From NCBI GenBank assembly GCA_040954595.2, contig CM082597.2:7832343-7896342 (forward strand): 64,000 bases of DNA, in the 5' to 3' direction. This DNA comes from Balanoglossus misakiensis. Taxonomy: Eukaryota; Animalia; Hemichordata. The position numbers and the translations under genes were made by a program. The notes beneath the pieces were generated by a model that was given only the letters and a program-made list of their open reading frames with translations, did not search any database and had not been told where the DNA came from. Shown here one piece after another: positions 27,365 through 38,590 of this stretch (within the stretch, counting starts at the first letter, position 1; each line of letters begins with the position of its first letter).

Positions 27365-29286
27365 TGTCAGCGTCTTCTCCAGTTCAGCAGGCTCTTGGAA
27401 GCAAGCAGCTTTTTGTCCAAGACCAAACCTTAAGGCAGTCTGACTGTATTCCTTCTTACCAGATGTGGCCCATGTCACTGGAAAGGATTTAAACGAGGAT
27501 GTAATTTAGTGCAAGATTTATAATAAAAAGTAGTAAAACAGATATTAATATTTATATGAATAAACTTTCGTAATGTTCAAATGTTTTACTATGTACCGTA
27601 GCTTAGGGGATTTATTGTGTGTTGTGAAAGACATGGCATCCATTTCATTGGCAATAGTTTGGAGGATGGTTCTGCATGAATCAGATGTAAACACCGGCTC
27701 TCGCATAGGCTCTTTGTGCGTGATTTCCATGATTATCTGTCAAATGTTGTCAGACTTCGGTATCATTCTACAGTGATGACTATCAAGGAAATTGATAAGT
27801 TTGTCTTCATGTACTACCTGATAGTTATTCTTCGATATCAAATGACGTCAGACGCGCTCAGGCGGCAGTTACGTTCGCATTCAAATTTCCAGATGACGGG
27901 CAACTTCAACAAAGTGGTGCAGCCAAAGACTGTGCAGACGAAACTCCATGAGGCTGATAAGGCACCTTACCATACGTGTCTGGCAGTTCTAGAGTAAAAA
28001 CATACTCGGAAAAACTTTTACTGGATGGCGAAATATTGCTTGCCCGTCATCTGGAAATGACAACGCCGTGTGTCACATGGCCAAATCACGTGATTGATAG
28101 TAAAGAATTACTGGCTTCTTCTAATAATTCATGATCACTTTCTGATAGAAAACGCAGGTATGTATACAGTAGGTCAGATCGGTCACCGAAAAGCACTTCG
28201 TGAATAAAGTATGGGCCAACCCAATAGGCAAGTAGCCGACTTGCTGCCATCCACTGACAAGTATTCGAGCTACAGACTACAATGTACATTCTGAAATAAT
28301 CGTTTGGGCAAGAACAAACTCAAACTGTATTGAAAGGAATGGCAGGAAATGCATGTATTTCAGGTAAAAAGATCCATATCACAGTATCAAGACTAAGCTT
28401 CACCATGTGGGAATACTGACTACACAAATCAAACAATTTTCTGGTCACCCGAACATATAGAGTGACAATCACTATGCACTTTCATTCGAACAGCAGGTAG
28501 ATGTCAGATGTTCTGATCGTCCACATCATCCTCCCAATCATTACCGGTCAACCTCAAAGAGTGAGATATTTACAAATTATGTTCTTGATTCTAAAGGTGA
28601 CTAGGGGGTCCAAATGAAGCAATTGCCCCATCCCCTCAGACTAATAGTTCATCAGCAAAGAACGTCTAATTCCCTGCATATGTTGAGGTAGGCTCCCTCG
28701 GGGATTACATTAACTGCTGCATTGAAGGGGTACAGGCGATTATCTGACACTTCTACTCAATCACTACAAAAGAGTACAATGTATGTTGTTTGCTTTCATC
28801 ATATCGTTAAGCCTGACACTCTCATTTTACAACAAAATAAATAAAATTGTAGCAATTAATCACTCAGTCTGGCAGGAGTCACCTTGTAACCTTACCAGAG
28901 ACTAATTTGCGAATTAATCTTTTGTTAAACTGTTTGACATTTATTAAACTGCACCTCAGTTGATTATTCAATTAATAATTCACCCAGAAACTATTGTTCT
29001 CTGTGAAGGTACTTGTGATTTAATTTAACGACAGCGCGGAAAACAAATTCTGAGTAAATTCTGTTTCTGGTGGTTTTACTAGCATAAGTGGTCTTAATTC
29101 TAAGTTTTAAAAGGCTCAGCTGGAAACTCGGCAAAAAAAAAACATTTTAATTTTAATATAATTCAGTTCCCCATAATGACGAACATTATATCGATAACGA
29201 CTTACGAGAATGCGTTGCATTATCGACCAAAATTCGTGTAATAACCCCTTTATCATACATGCCTACCTATAAAACAGTACGATTTG
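27365..29286 (+). repeat. 1.92-kb segmental duplication, copy B (includes ISL2EU MITE at 27829-28106)
   Basis: Near-identical to 24342-26263. Confidence 0.95.
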
Positions 29287-29820
29287 ATTATATGAAACTT
29301 TCTTATATACACATCGTTCAAATCCTCTAGAACTGCCAAATTTCACATTTTCTTCAACCATAAGAAATAGATACTTCAAATATATTCCCTATCCTTTAAA
29401 ATCCCCACCATTAAGTCGTATTACTTGTATTTGCATCAGTTTGTCATCTCTTGGCGACGCATACCACGATAGCTGCGTACTGTTTGTATGGAGGCTGATT
29501 AAATTTAATATATAGCGTGTTTAAATTGTTTGATATATAGCGTGGTTAAATTGTAACATACAGCCACAATTGGGCGTCGATGAGATATTAACGTATACCT
29601 ATGATTAAGCACATTAACATACCAATCTAAGCTTGAAAATAAAGTCATGAAAATAATGCAAAAAATCGCAGCTCCAGAAGCTTTGAGGAACCCTTTGTCA
29701 TAATTGACTGTAAAACGAGCTAAAACAATATTGGAAAGAGGATAGAGTTGCCATGGACACCTAATTGTGTTAATGTGTTGATGTCATCTACAACACCATG
29801 GTAACAAAATACATGAGGTT

Positions 29821-29850
29821 ATTTGCATACAGCGCGCGGAGCCTTATAAA
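29821..29850 (+). promoter_or_regulatory. Candidate promoter (octamer plus TATA) of the PAN-HYR gene
   Basis: ATTTGCAT at 29821-29828 and TATAAA at 29845-29850, about 110 nt before the ATG at 29957. Confidence 0.5.
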
Positions 29851-29956
29851 CGGTACACTGGGCGCGACCACTGCATAGACCACGGTGGGACCGCAGTAGA
29901 TGGAAACTTGAACAAAGATGCTCTCATCAAAAGCCTGATACGACGAAGATCTGAAG

Positions 29957-30008
29957 ATGAGGTACATGGTCGTTACATTGATTGTCTTAGTTCACTGGGG
30001 AAGTGTAG
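29957..30008 (+). CDS. Signal-peptide exon of the PAN/HYR protein
   Basis: MRYMVVTLIVLVHWGSV-G|gtaggt; hydrophobic leader; phase-1 donor matches the phase-1 PAN exon; TATA box upstream. Confidence 0.65.
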
Positions 30009-30633
30009 GTAGGTATGAAACATACTGAGCAAAAAAAATTCTGCTTTTAATTATGCATTTTCTTATGCTTGTACCGCTATGTGTATGTGTCTATTTTATC
30101 AGTAGCCTCTTGATGCCCACAGTCTCCCACATTGCCATCCAGATTGTACTAGTATATATCTTGCTTGCTCTCTCTGTTGCTATGTCTGTCTCTTAAACTC
30201 TGTTTGAATTAAAGTTATGTAGCACTGGGGTATTCAAAGTAGGAAATATGTGCAGGACCAGGTGCATCAGAAAACAAAAGAAGGGTTGGGTGTGAAAATT
30301 GAACAGTGGAAATGTTAACGGGAATGCAAATTTGTAAATGGGTAGTGGACTGCAGAAAACTGACAATTATTTGTAGTGTGACATAAAACTGTAGTCCCAT
30401 ATCCACACAGTCAAAATGTTCGATTAACTTCAGTTCATCTAATTCACGTTAACGGTTGTTTTTATAGTTTGCCTTTTAGGGCTGTCACGGTAAAGTCAGT
30501 TATGGAATGTCCTGGTCTGTTGAAATGTTCACTAACGGGTTTGTGTATATTACCATTCTGTATGTCAAATCTGTGGTTGTTTAAAAAACTTGAATCCTTA
30601 GGACAACTTGTAAATATGTGATGACTAGAATCA

Positions 30634-30900
30634 CTAAGATTTACGATTGTAAAGACATACTGCAGAAGGAATAAAACTATAGGATAAACGATTAGTACTA
30701 GCAGATATAGATCTTAACCTTTTTCCTGATGGTAAAAAATGCAGAAACTCATTAACAGGATGGTAACAGTCATTAATAATACTGGTAATACGTTTCTCTG
30801 TACGTTTTTCAAAGATGGTCTGAATGTTATCCATCTTCACTCCAATGATGTAAGATGCCGTTTTAACAACACGATTGAGCTTTCAGTAATGACTGTCCAG
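30634..30900 (-). mobile_element. Non-LTR retrotransposon (Rex1/Babar-like) C-terminal remnant; second copy at about 58907-59175
   Basis: HPVNEFLHFLPSGKRLRSISASTNRLSYSFIPSAVCLYN. Confidence 0.65.
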
Positions 30901-30946
30901 TTTGACCTATATATACAGCTTGTGGGCATTGTTTGCAGGTGATTGT

Positions 30947-31100
30947 TTAAATGAGGTTGGTTGAGTCACAGGTGAAAGATCCTCTTATTCTGTAGGTGTT
31001 ATCATGGGGTCCAGTGGCCGTGTTGATGTGGGGGCACAGTTTGCACCTTGGTTTCTGACATGGTACATCTCCGTGCGTTTGGTTGGCGGTGTGTAATTTG
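30947..31100 (-). mobile_element. Penelope-like element remnant (Cys motif before the GIY-YIG domain); second copy at about 59220-59370
   Basis: PCQKPRCKLCPHIN...YRIRGSFTCDSTNLI. Confidence 0.65.
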
Positions 31101-32014
31101 ATGAAGGGGACTACATGTTCCCGAAAGGTCATGCTGTAGTTTTAACTCGTTGATCACAGAGTGCTACATAACTTTAATTCATATTGTACTGAAGATCAAC
31201 ACGGCAATACTCCTAATTGTTAAACTCTGATCATGCATACATTGTAAAATCGCAAAGAGCCCATTCCGGGAGGCTGAGGGGAGACAAAATGCTGCCTAAT
31301 TTGGTTAAGTAGTTTATAGAGATCTATGAAAACACTTGTACCGTAAGTGTTGTGTATTGTCAAGTAATATAGAAATAATGGAAGACGCTCTGACCATTAA
31401 CGTTTGTTTATTGGCAAGGGCGAGAGGAAAGCCAAAAAATCATGGGCGAGTTTTCCGAGCCCATGAATTTTAGCTTTTCTCTAGCCGTCAAAATTTAGAA
31501 AATGTCAACACGGAACTTGTGTTACGCAAAATGTTGTATTCACTGAACTGTTTGCTAATATTACTATTCAGATTTACGGGCATGTAAACAAACCATTACT
31601 GAGTATTTGTGGTCAGTGACGTTGTTTATCTCGACCAATTAAAATGCGATGCACAGGCCATGGTAATATAATATCAAGTGGAGATCATGAGCATTTAATT
31701 TTTGATTGCAAATGCAGTCTATGTTGTCAGGATCTCACCACAACAGGTGGCACTGAAACACAACCGCCAGCCCATGAAAAATGCTCCACTTGAAGACTCA
31801 GCTAGGTTTATCGTTAAAGCAAGACCTGAACGTTTGCATATGCAAGTTTTAACAAGATAAATAATGAGGCTTTGCCGAAAAGGAATATGGCTGCCGCCGT
31901 GGAAAAATACCAGAAAATGTTGCATTTCCGACTATGGAACTTCATAAAAAAAGCATAATCTCATCTACTATAGATCTCATGGAAATTAATGTATTCCACT
32001 GAGACATACCCGGA

Positions 32015-32890
32015 ACAATAGATTTTGGCGTGCAATAAAAAGCTGTACGGAACGGTACGTACGGAACGCGCGTTAAATAAGTTTTAGGTTTCAAGGCGCC
32101 CCAACTCACCGTGTACAGGTATGCGTTGTTATGCGGACGGTTTCAAGGCGCCCCCACTCCAACGCACGTGCGCACACGTAAACAAAAAAGAAAGATGGCT
32201 GCTCACTGAGTCAACTGAACGGTTTTCGATCGATTGTATCGGCATTTTGGGCGTTTTGAAAGCCAAGTAACATGCACAACAAGAACTAACGGAGATGTAA
32301 GATGTATAATAATAAGGTTATTACGAAAATACCGCAAAGTATGCACTCGGACATTAGCGCAGCGCATAGCCCTCCACTGCGCGTCGGGCGATACTCAGCG
32401 CTAATGTCCTCGTGCATACTTTGCGGTATTTTGTAATAACCTCATATTATTATACATCTGGCACCGAGAACAATAGAATTGAGCGTGCAATAAAAAGCCG
32501 TATGGAACGGTACGTACGGCACACGCGTTAAATACGCCTTAAGTTTCAAGGCTCCCCAACTCACTGTGTACAGGTATACGCTGTTGTGCGGACGGTTTCA
32601 AGACACCCCACTCGAACGCACGTAAACAAAAAAGAAAGATGGCTGCTCACTGAGTCAACTGAGCAGTTTTCGATCGATTGTATCGGCATTTGGGTCGTTT
32701 TGAAAGCCAAGTAACATGCAACACGAGAACTAACGGAGATGTAAGATGTATAATAATAAGGTTTTTACGAAAATACCGCAAAGTATGCACTCGGACATTA
32801 GCGCAGCGCATCGCCCTCTGCTGCGCGTCGGGCGATAATGCGCACTAATGTCCTCCTGCATACTTTGCGGTATTTTCGTAATAACCTCAT
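32015..32890. repeat. Two tandem units of about 445 bp, each with a about 130-bp hairpin; duplicated at about 60290-61190
   Basis: aggttattacgaaaataccgcaaagtatgcac..ggacattagcgc...gcgctaatgtcc..gtgcatactttgcggtatttt(c)gtaataacct at about 32314-32442 and 32759-32888. Confidence 0.8.
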
Positions 32891-33418
32891 AACATTTTCA
32901 TTTTTCAGTGGAATATTGCACTCTTTAAAAATTTCAGGAATTTTTGACTCTACTCATATTTCTTCAATTTTTGGGGCATTTTGTCATAAGTGTTGATTTA
33001 GATATAATATCACACAATATCACTTGATTGACAGAATTAAAAGCACATCAGATTATTTAAAGCTTAAATTTTTAGCCAGTTGCAGCTCGTGGCTTTAATG
33101 CACGTATCATGATTTGTATCACTAATGTAAGTGAATGTGTTTAAGAACAACAACAATCATATTTTTTTAATCTATATTCAGCATGCAATGTTTAAAATGA
33201 CCATTGATATGCACTCTTGAATAACTACTAGTAAAATTCCCCTAATTAAAATATGCTCTTGAGGCAAGTATGAGTGGTAAATTTATGTAAAATATGTTTA
33301 ACTGCATTACTATGACATACATGATTTTCTTGCAAAACACATCGGGTAAGAAAGAGATATTTGTCATGCCACAATTTTCTCATCATGTTAATGCATCATT
33401 TATCTGTAAAACCCACAG

Positions 33419-33640
33419 AACCTGCTTGTGTTAAGGAGGACGGTTTCTACAGAAGTGGCAATGATATAGACTACGGATATCTCAAAGATACCGCTGATGA
33501 GTGTTGTGAGGATTGCAGGAGTAACAGTCTGTGTCTCGCGTGGCTTTACTACAAGAACACCAAAGTATGTTGGTTGAAGAATGGAGTCCCTGAGAAGTTC
33601 TCGAATCCAGATTTTGTATCAGGAGTTATTGTAAGAGAGG
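33419..33640 (+). CDS. PAN/apple domain exon, variant 1 (phase 1-1)
   Basis: cag|AA..EPACVKEDGFYRSGNDIDYGYLKDTADECCEDCRSNSLCLAWLYYKNTKVCWLKNGVPEKFSNPDFVSGVIVREG|gtaagt; G.DI, CC..C....C.AW, CWLK, VSG PAN_4 signature. Confidence 0.88.
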
Positions 33641-33973
33641 GTAAGTATTCGCTCATCATATTCATCAACGTTCATTGTGATTGCAATTGTTTGCTCTAAT
33701 GTATCATGTGCAAATACTCCAAATGTCTCAGATGAAATACTGGCATAAATTATTATGTTTGAATGGTTTATGTGGTCCTGAATCGTCTAAGATTATAGAA
33801 CAGCTTGACCAGGTTCACAAGGTGTAAAATTTGAGACACTATTAAAAGCAGATCTGAGATTATTTAAAGCTTACATTTTTAGCCAGTTGTAGCTCATGTG
33901 GCTTTAATGCGTCTATCATGATTTGTATCACTAATGTACGTGAATGTGTTAAAGAACACCAATCATCATATAT

Positions 33974-35083
33974 CACTTTCCCCGATCCCTATATATGGAA
34001 GTGCTCATTAATATTTAATTATGAAAGCGCCCTCGAGGTCAGACAAGTTTTTGACCAATCAGAAAGCAGCTATTACGCTCGTAGTGTACAAGTACTTTGT
34101 CTTTTCATGCTTTTGTTCCGGGTTTTATATACCCCATGTTTCTCACTCTGTAAAACGAAATTCTGTCGGCTAAAAAACTTGCCCGCTGGTATATCGATTC
34201 TTTGACCCCGAAGCAACAAGTTTACCATTGCGATTGGATTTTCACCGTTGCTTTGAGGTTTGAGGCCGTCGTGAATCACGGCGTGGCCATGGGTCTAGCC
34301 AAGCACGAAGACATTTCTCCAGGAATCACATCAGGTAGTGATACCGCAAAATGGGGACTTTTGGCGTCAATTTTGTTATTCATTGCGGTGATAGGCGTCG
34401 GACATCGGAACATGGGTGGACGATATACACACAAGTGCGCCAATCCGTACCATGAAGCATGGACAGGGCATATGCGCTTAATGCACAGATATGTTTTTGG
34501 AAGGAAGGAATGGTCATTAAGCCATGCAAACCAGGTACTGATCGATCAAGTGTCAATGATGTCGACATCACACTGAATAAACCCAATTGACGAACTATAT
34601 AAACCAATGTAAAATATCGACGAGAATTTTATGAAGTACAAGCTTTTCCGTGTCTCCTCCGTTGTACATGCGTTCTTCTTGTATACATCGATCGTACACA
34701 GTTTTGCTTCATGTCCATGACGTTGATCTGGACTACTACATGTGTAACGACACAGAAGGTCGGGTGCCGCTCCGTGTGTGAAAACTTCGCTTGTTATTGA
34801 CAGCTAACATTTATCTAAAATTGCCAATGAGGGCTTGATCAAAGACAATAAAATAACAATGAAAACCGCTTTCCTGAATATCAGCAATCAGATCAGAAAG
34901 ACGGAGAAGAAACAGTGCACAAACACATTAAAACGTCGCGCGGCACTTGCAGTTGACTTCAGGTCATCTGACTACTCTTTAATATGCGCACGCATTTGAT
35001 TGGTCACTTCAGTAAACTTTCAGCACCTTTGACCCTATATGAATATTAATGAGCACTTCCATATATAGGGATCGGGGAGAGTG
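33974..35083. mobile_element. Non-autonomous CAC...GTG (CMC/Transib-like) DNA element, 1.1 kb; second copy at 62283-63392
   Basis: TATAT|CACTTTCCCCGATCCCTATATATGGAAGTGCTCATTAATATT...AATATTAATGAGCACTTCCATATATAGGGATCGGGGAGAGTG|TATAT. Confidence 0.8.
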
Positions 35084-35238
35084 TATATTGCAATCTGTAT
35101 TCAGCATGCAATGTTTAAAATAGCCTTTGATACGCACTCTGGAAAAACTAGTAAAGGCCCGCTTAATGAGTGGTAATGCATTATTTCTTTTCTAACAGTT
35201 TTAGTTTATTTCTTTGCTAACTAGATCCTCTTTTACAG

Positions 35239-35478
35239 ACATAGAAGATCCTATCATATCCTGTCCAGAAAGCATAGAAGCAACAACAACCCTTATGGAC
35301 TCCACTGCAGTCGTCACCTGGCAACCCCCAGATGCATCTGATAATTCTGGGGATGTTTCTGTATCTGCAAGCCATGAGCCTGGAAGTAATTTTAACATTG
35401 GTGTGACTGTTGTGCGGTATATAGCTCGAGACCCTACAGGAAATAATGCTTCATGTTCATTCAGTGTGACAGTAACAG
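35239..35478 (+). CDS. HYR (hyalin repeat) domain exon, copy 1 (phase 1-1)
   Basis: DIEDPIISCPESI...VVTWQPPDASDNSG...GSNFNIGVTVVRYIARDPTGNNASCSFSVTVT; cag| and |gtaaat. Confidence 0.9.
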
Positions 35479-36015
35479 GTAAATATCCTACCCAAGACTT
35501 ACATGTTAATGTTCACTAAATCCAAATTAACAATTGAAAGAACAAAGTGGAACAACACCAGAGCTTGGCTGTCTGAGGCGGGAACACCTCGTTTATTACA
35601 GGTGACCCGCAAAAATGGCCACAAAATCGACTTAATACAAAACTGTATCATAGGAAGCATATGTAACACGTGGCTAATGTATAACAAGTACATGAACCCA
35701 TGGAAAGGGTGGGCGGGTGTGGTTGCGAACGCAGGCTAACCCGTCTTGAAGTTTGATGTCAAAGGTCACAACACTTAAACTTAATTACTCCCTTTGAGGG
35801 CGCTCCACTCGCTCCCCCAAAGGGTCACAATTAACTATTGAAAGAACAAAAGTGGAACAACACCAGAGCTTGGCTGTCTGAGGCGGGAACACCTCGTTTA
35901 TTACAGGTGACCCGCAAAAATGGCCAAGGATGAAAGACGGCCAAGCTCTGAACACGCCAATTTGTAAAAGTAGCATGCAGAAGGCATATTACATGTGGCA
36001 AACAAGAAAAGACAA

Positions 36016-37045
36016 TCAACCCTCGAAAGAGCGCAAAAAAACATTAATGCGTTCTGAAACCTCAACCCTTTTTGAAAATGGTATCTCCAGATACAAAAGG
36101 TAAGCCCCAGATTTCCAGTCCCCATGACTTTGTACAAGCTCCCCACAAACATTTGCTGAAAAAGCAGCTGTGGCACCCCCTCTGCGAAAACTGTGGCCAG
36201 AAAAGGACCGTGATGGGTAACCGGCTGTATCCAGTAGAGACCGGAGTTTAGTTGTGAAACTATGGTGGGTTAATGTTAACAACCCTGACCTGCCGGGGTA
36301 AACAAATGCTGGGCTTGCCATAGGGGCAGGGATGGCGCTGGTCATCTGGCGTAAAGCAGTAACTAGATACAGTGGTGAACCTGGCATTTGTAAGATTGGA
36401 ACTGAATGGATTGTGGCCCGACACTGGTTGGTTTTGGACCATGTGGTAGCGATAACAACTCCAACTGATGTGAATTTGAAGTTGCGACGGGCTAGGTGTT
36501 TAGATGGGTCAAATTTATTTGGGCTCGGGGGAACCAAGTTAGACTTGCGCAAGAATAAATGGAAGGCCGTGAGAAAGGCTGACCAAAGTGTGGTGTCCAA
36601 CGGCTTTGACAAATCCAAAAACTTGTAAAGGGTAAGCAAGATAGAAGGCGTGATGGCTAATTTGCATTTGGGAACTTGAGGGTAGGTGTGTGCGATGCCC
36701 TGCAAAGTTAAACGTAAAAACAGATGGTGAACCACTTGCCCGTCAAAACCATTCAACTCGTGTAGCAGGCGAACTGCATTAAGGTAGTTTTTCAAGGTAC
36801 CAACATTTCTAATTGTTGCTGATAAACACTGAACGAACAAAGACAAACTGGTTGGGGAGGCAGGAACTGGCTTCAAACCATAGAAAATGCAAAACAGGAA
36901 GTAAGTCTTCCACTGCGAGTGAAAATTTGAAATTGTCCCATGTGCATAAGCAGCGGAAATGATAGAGGTCTACTTTCGGTGGAATATTCTTAATCCTTTG
37001 TTGAAGACTTCTGCTCCTGTGAAAAATGGAGAAAATACCAGTCAT
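36016..37045 (-). CDS. Ngaro tyrosine recombinase (N-terminus frameshifted; 36016-36876 open)
   Basis: FLRKSNL, WSKTNQ, HSFRRGGAT, HGDWKSGAYLLY catalytic R-K-HxxR-H/W-Y motifs. Confidence 0.9.
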
Positions 37046-38052
37046 GAGTGAAATTGAATAATGTGCTGTCGACGTACTTTTCTGTCAATTGTTTAGCCCC
37101 TGTCAATTCTATGAATTTGGCATGGCTACGATCATCGGTGTCCCAATGGCTAAGTATGTCTGCAATACGATTAGAAGCGCCGCTGACATGTACTGCCTTG
37201 ATTTGAAACTGATATTGGGCAGCAACGAACCATATTTGCCTTGCGCATTTCAACATGAGGGGATCTCTCGTACGACGGGAGTTAAGGACGTGAACGGTGG
37301 CTTCGTTATCACACTGAATGATAAATTGTCTGCCCGTTAGTTGAGTGGCCCACAGTTTACATGCAACCATTACAGTCAAGAATTCTAGAATGCTGATGTG
37401 GTGTTCTTTGTCACGAATGGTTTGGGGAAATTGGCAAATACTCATCCAGAAAGGTGCCACCAGCCCCTAGTAAGCATGCATCTGCAGTTGTGAGAAATTG
37501 GTCTGGGAACCCCCAATCCCCAGTGGGTAACATTGATATACCATTGAAATGCTCTAGGTATGAGGTCCACCACAGAATATCTTTTTTGAACTCGGCATTG
37601 ATATGGAAACGATGATGTTGACGTCGCAGCGTGCGCAACTTGTCTAATAACCTTGAGATAAAGACCCGCCCTGGCCTGACGCAACCTGCCAGAAAGGCCA
37701 GTTTACCGATCAGGGACTGTAATTCTCTTTTATTAGACCGTTTCCTAGACAACCACATGGGGAGGTACTGTTTAGTTTCTTCAAGTTTCTGCTGTGGCAC
37801 ACTCATAGTCATGTCGATAGTGTTGAATTGCCGACCCAGGAAGGTCATTACTGGGGACGGGGAACAAGCTTTTCCCGGTGATTCATCAAGACCAAGCGCA
37901 ATAAGTAAATTGCCCAACTGAGTGAATGCAAAATCAGCCTTATCGACTGATTCCGCACCGGCAAAATCATCTAAATAATTCACACAATCGCTTCCCTCCT
38001 GTTGTGATATATACCGGACTGCATTGGTAGTACGCTGGCATGCAATGGAGGC
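36990..38052 (-). pseudogene. Ngaro RT C-terminal half and RNase H (frameshift near 37450)
   Basis: NYLDDF, LQSLIGKL, TADACLLGAGG, HISILEF, CDNEATV, NRIADILS. Confidence 0.88.
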
Positions 38053-38590
38053 TGTTACGTTTAGCCGGTTCGCTCAGGATTTTCTATATAGGGTAAATCA
38101 GACAGCCTGGGGCGACACTGGATTGTGAAATAAACAGCAACGATTTAATGCTCACCACTCAATACAAAACTGCTGGGAGGGAGGCAGCGGATGATGGTGT
38201 GTTGTACGATGGCTCTCAAACAATGTTTGTTATGTCTTTAGATCTGTTCTCCTCCGAGTCTATTGATCGATTGTGTACGAGGCAGCCATGTTTGTCCGGT
38301 CTCCGCCAGCCTACCCACAATTCCGGAGTTTATGCATGCAAGTACTGGGTGCCCCAGCGCCATCTACGGCAAAGCCTGACTAATCTTTCTTTTGTATGTG
38401 TCGATAAGCAATAGGTGTAATGGTTCGCACGGTCCGCATCACACTGCCCCCTCCTAAAAAAGAGTTATCCGTCCCCAGATAACATTACAACAAGCAACTA
38501 GAAATAGCAGAACAAGTAATAAACAATGAAACTCTGGTAGGTCCAAAAAAATTGTCAACAGGGCAAATATCGCCTGATCAGGCATGTCCT

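Larger units (their letters stand above)
30281..35690 (+). repeat. Segmental duplication, copy 1 (intron, PAN exon, HYR exon, Ngaro 3' end)
   Basis: Near-identical to 58554-64000, starting at aagggttgggtgtgaaaattg. Confidence 0.95.

Noticed and set aside
32015-32890. CRISPR-like or structured ncRNA array
   Set aside because: Only two long units with no unique spacers, in a eukaryotic context without cas genes; it looks like a TE-type palindrome.
34202-34607. 124-aa ORF conserved in both duplicates
   Set aside because: It lies inside a non-autonomous TIR element; the conservation only reflects the recent duplication.
36016-36876. Phage or bacterial integrase (contamination or HGT)
   Set aside because: It is the YR ORF of an Ngaro retrotransposon, with RT/RNase H and split direct repeats.
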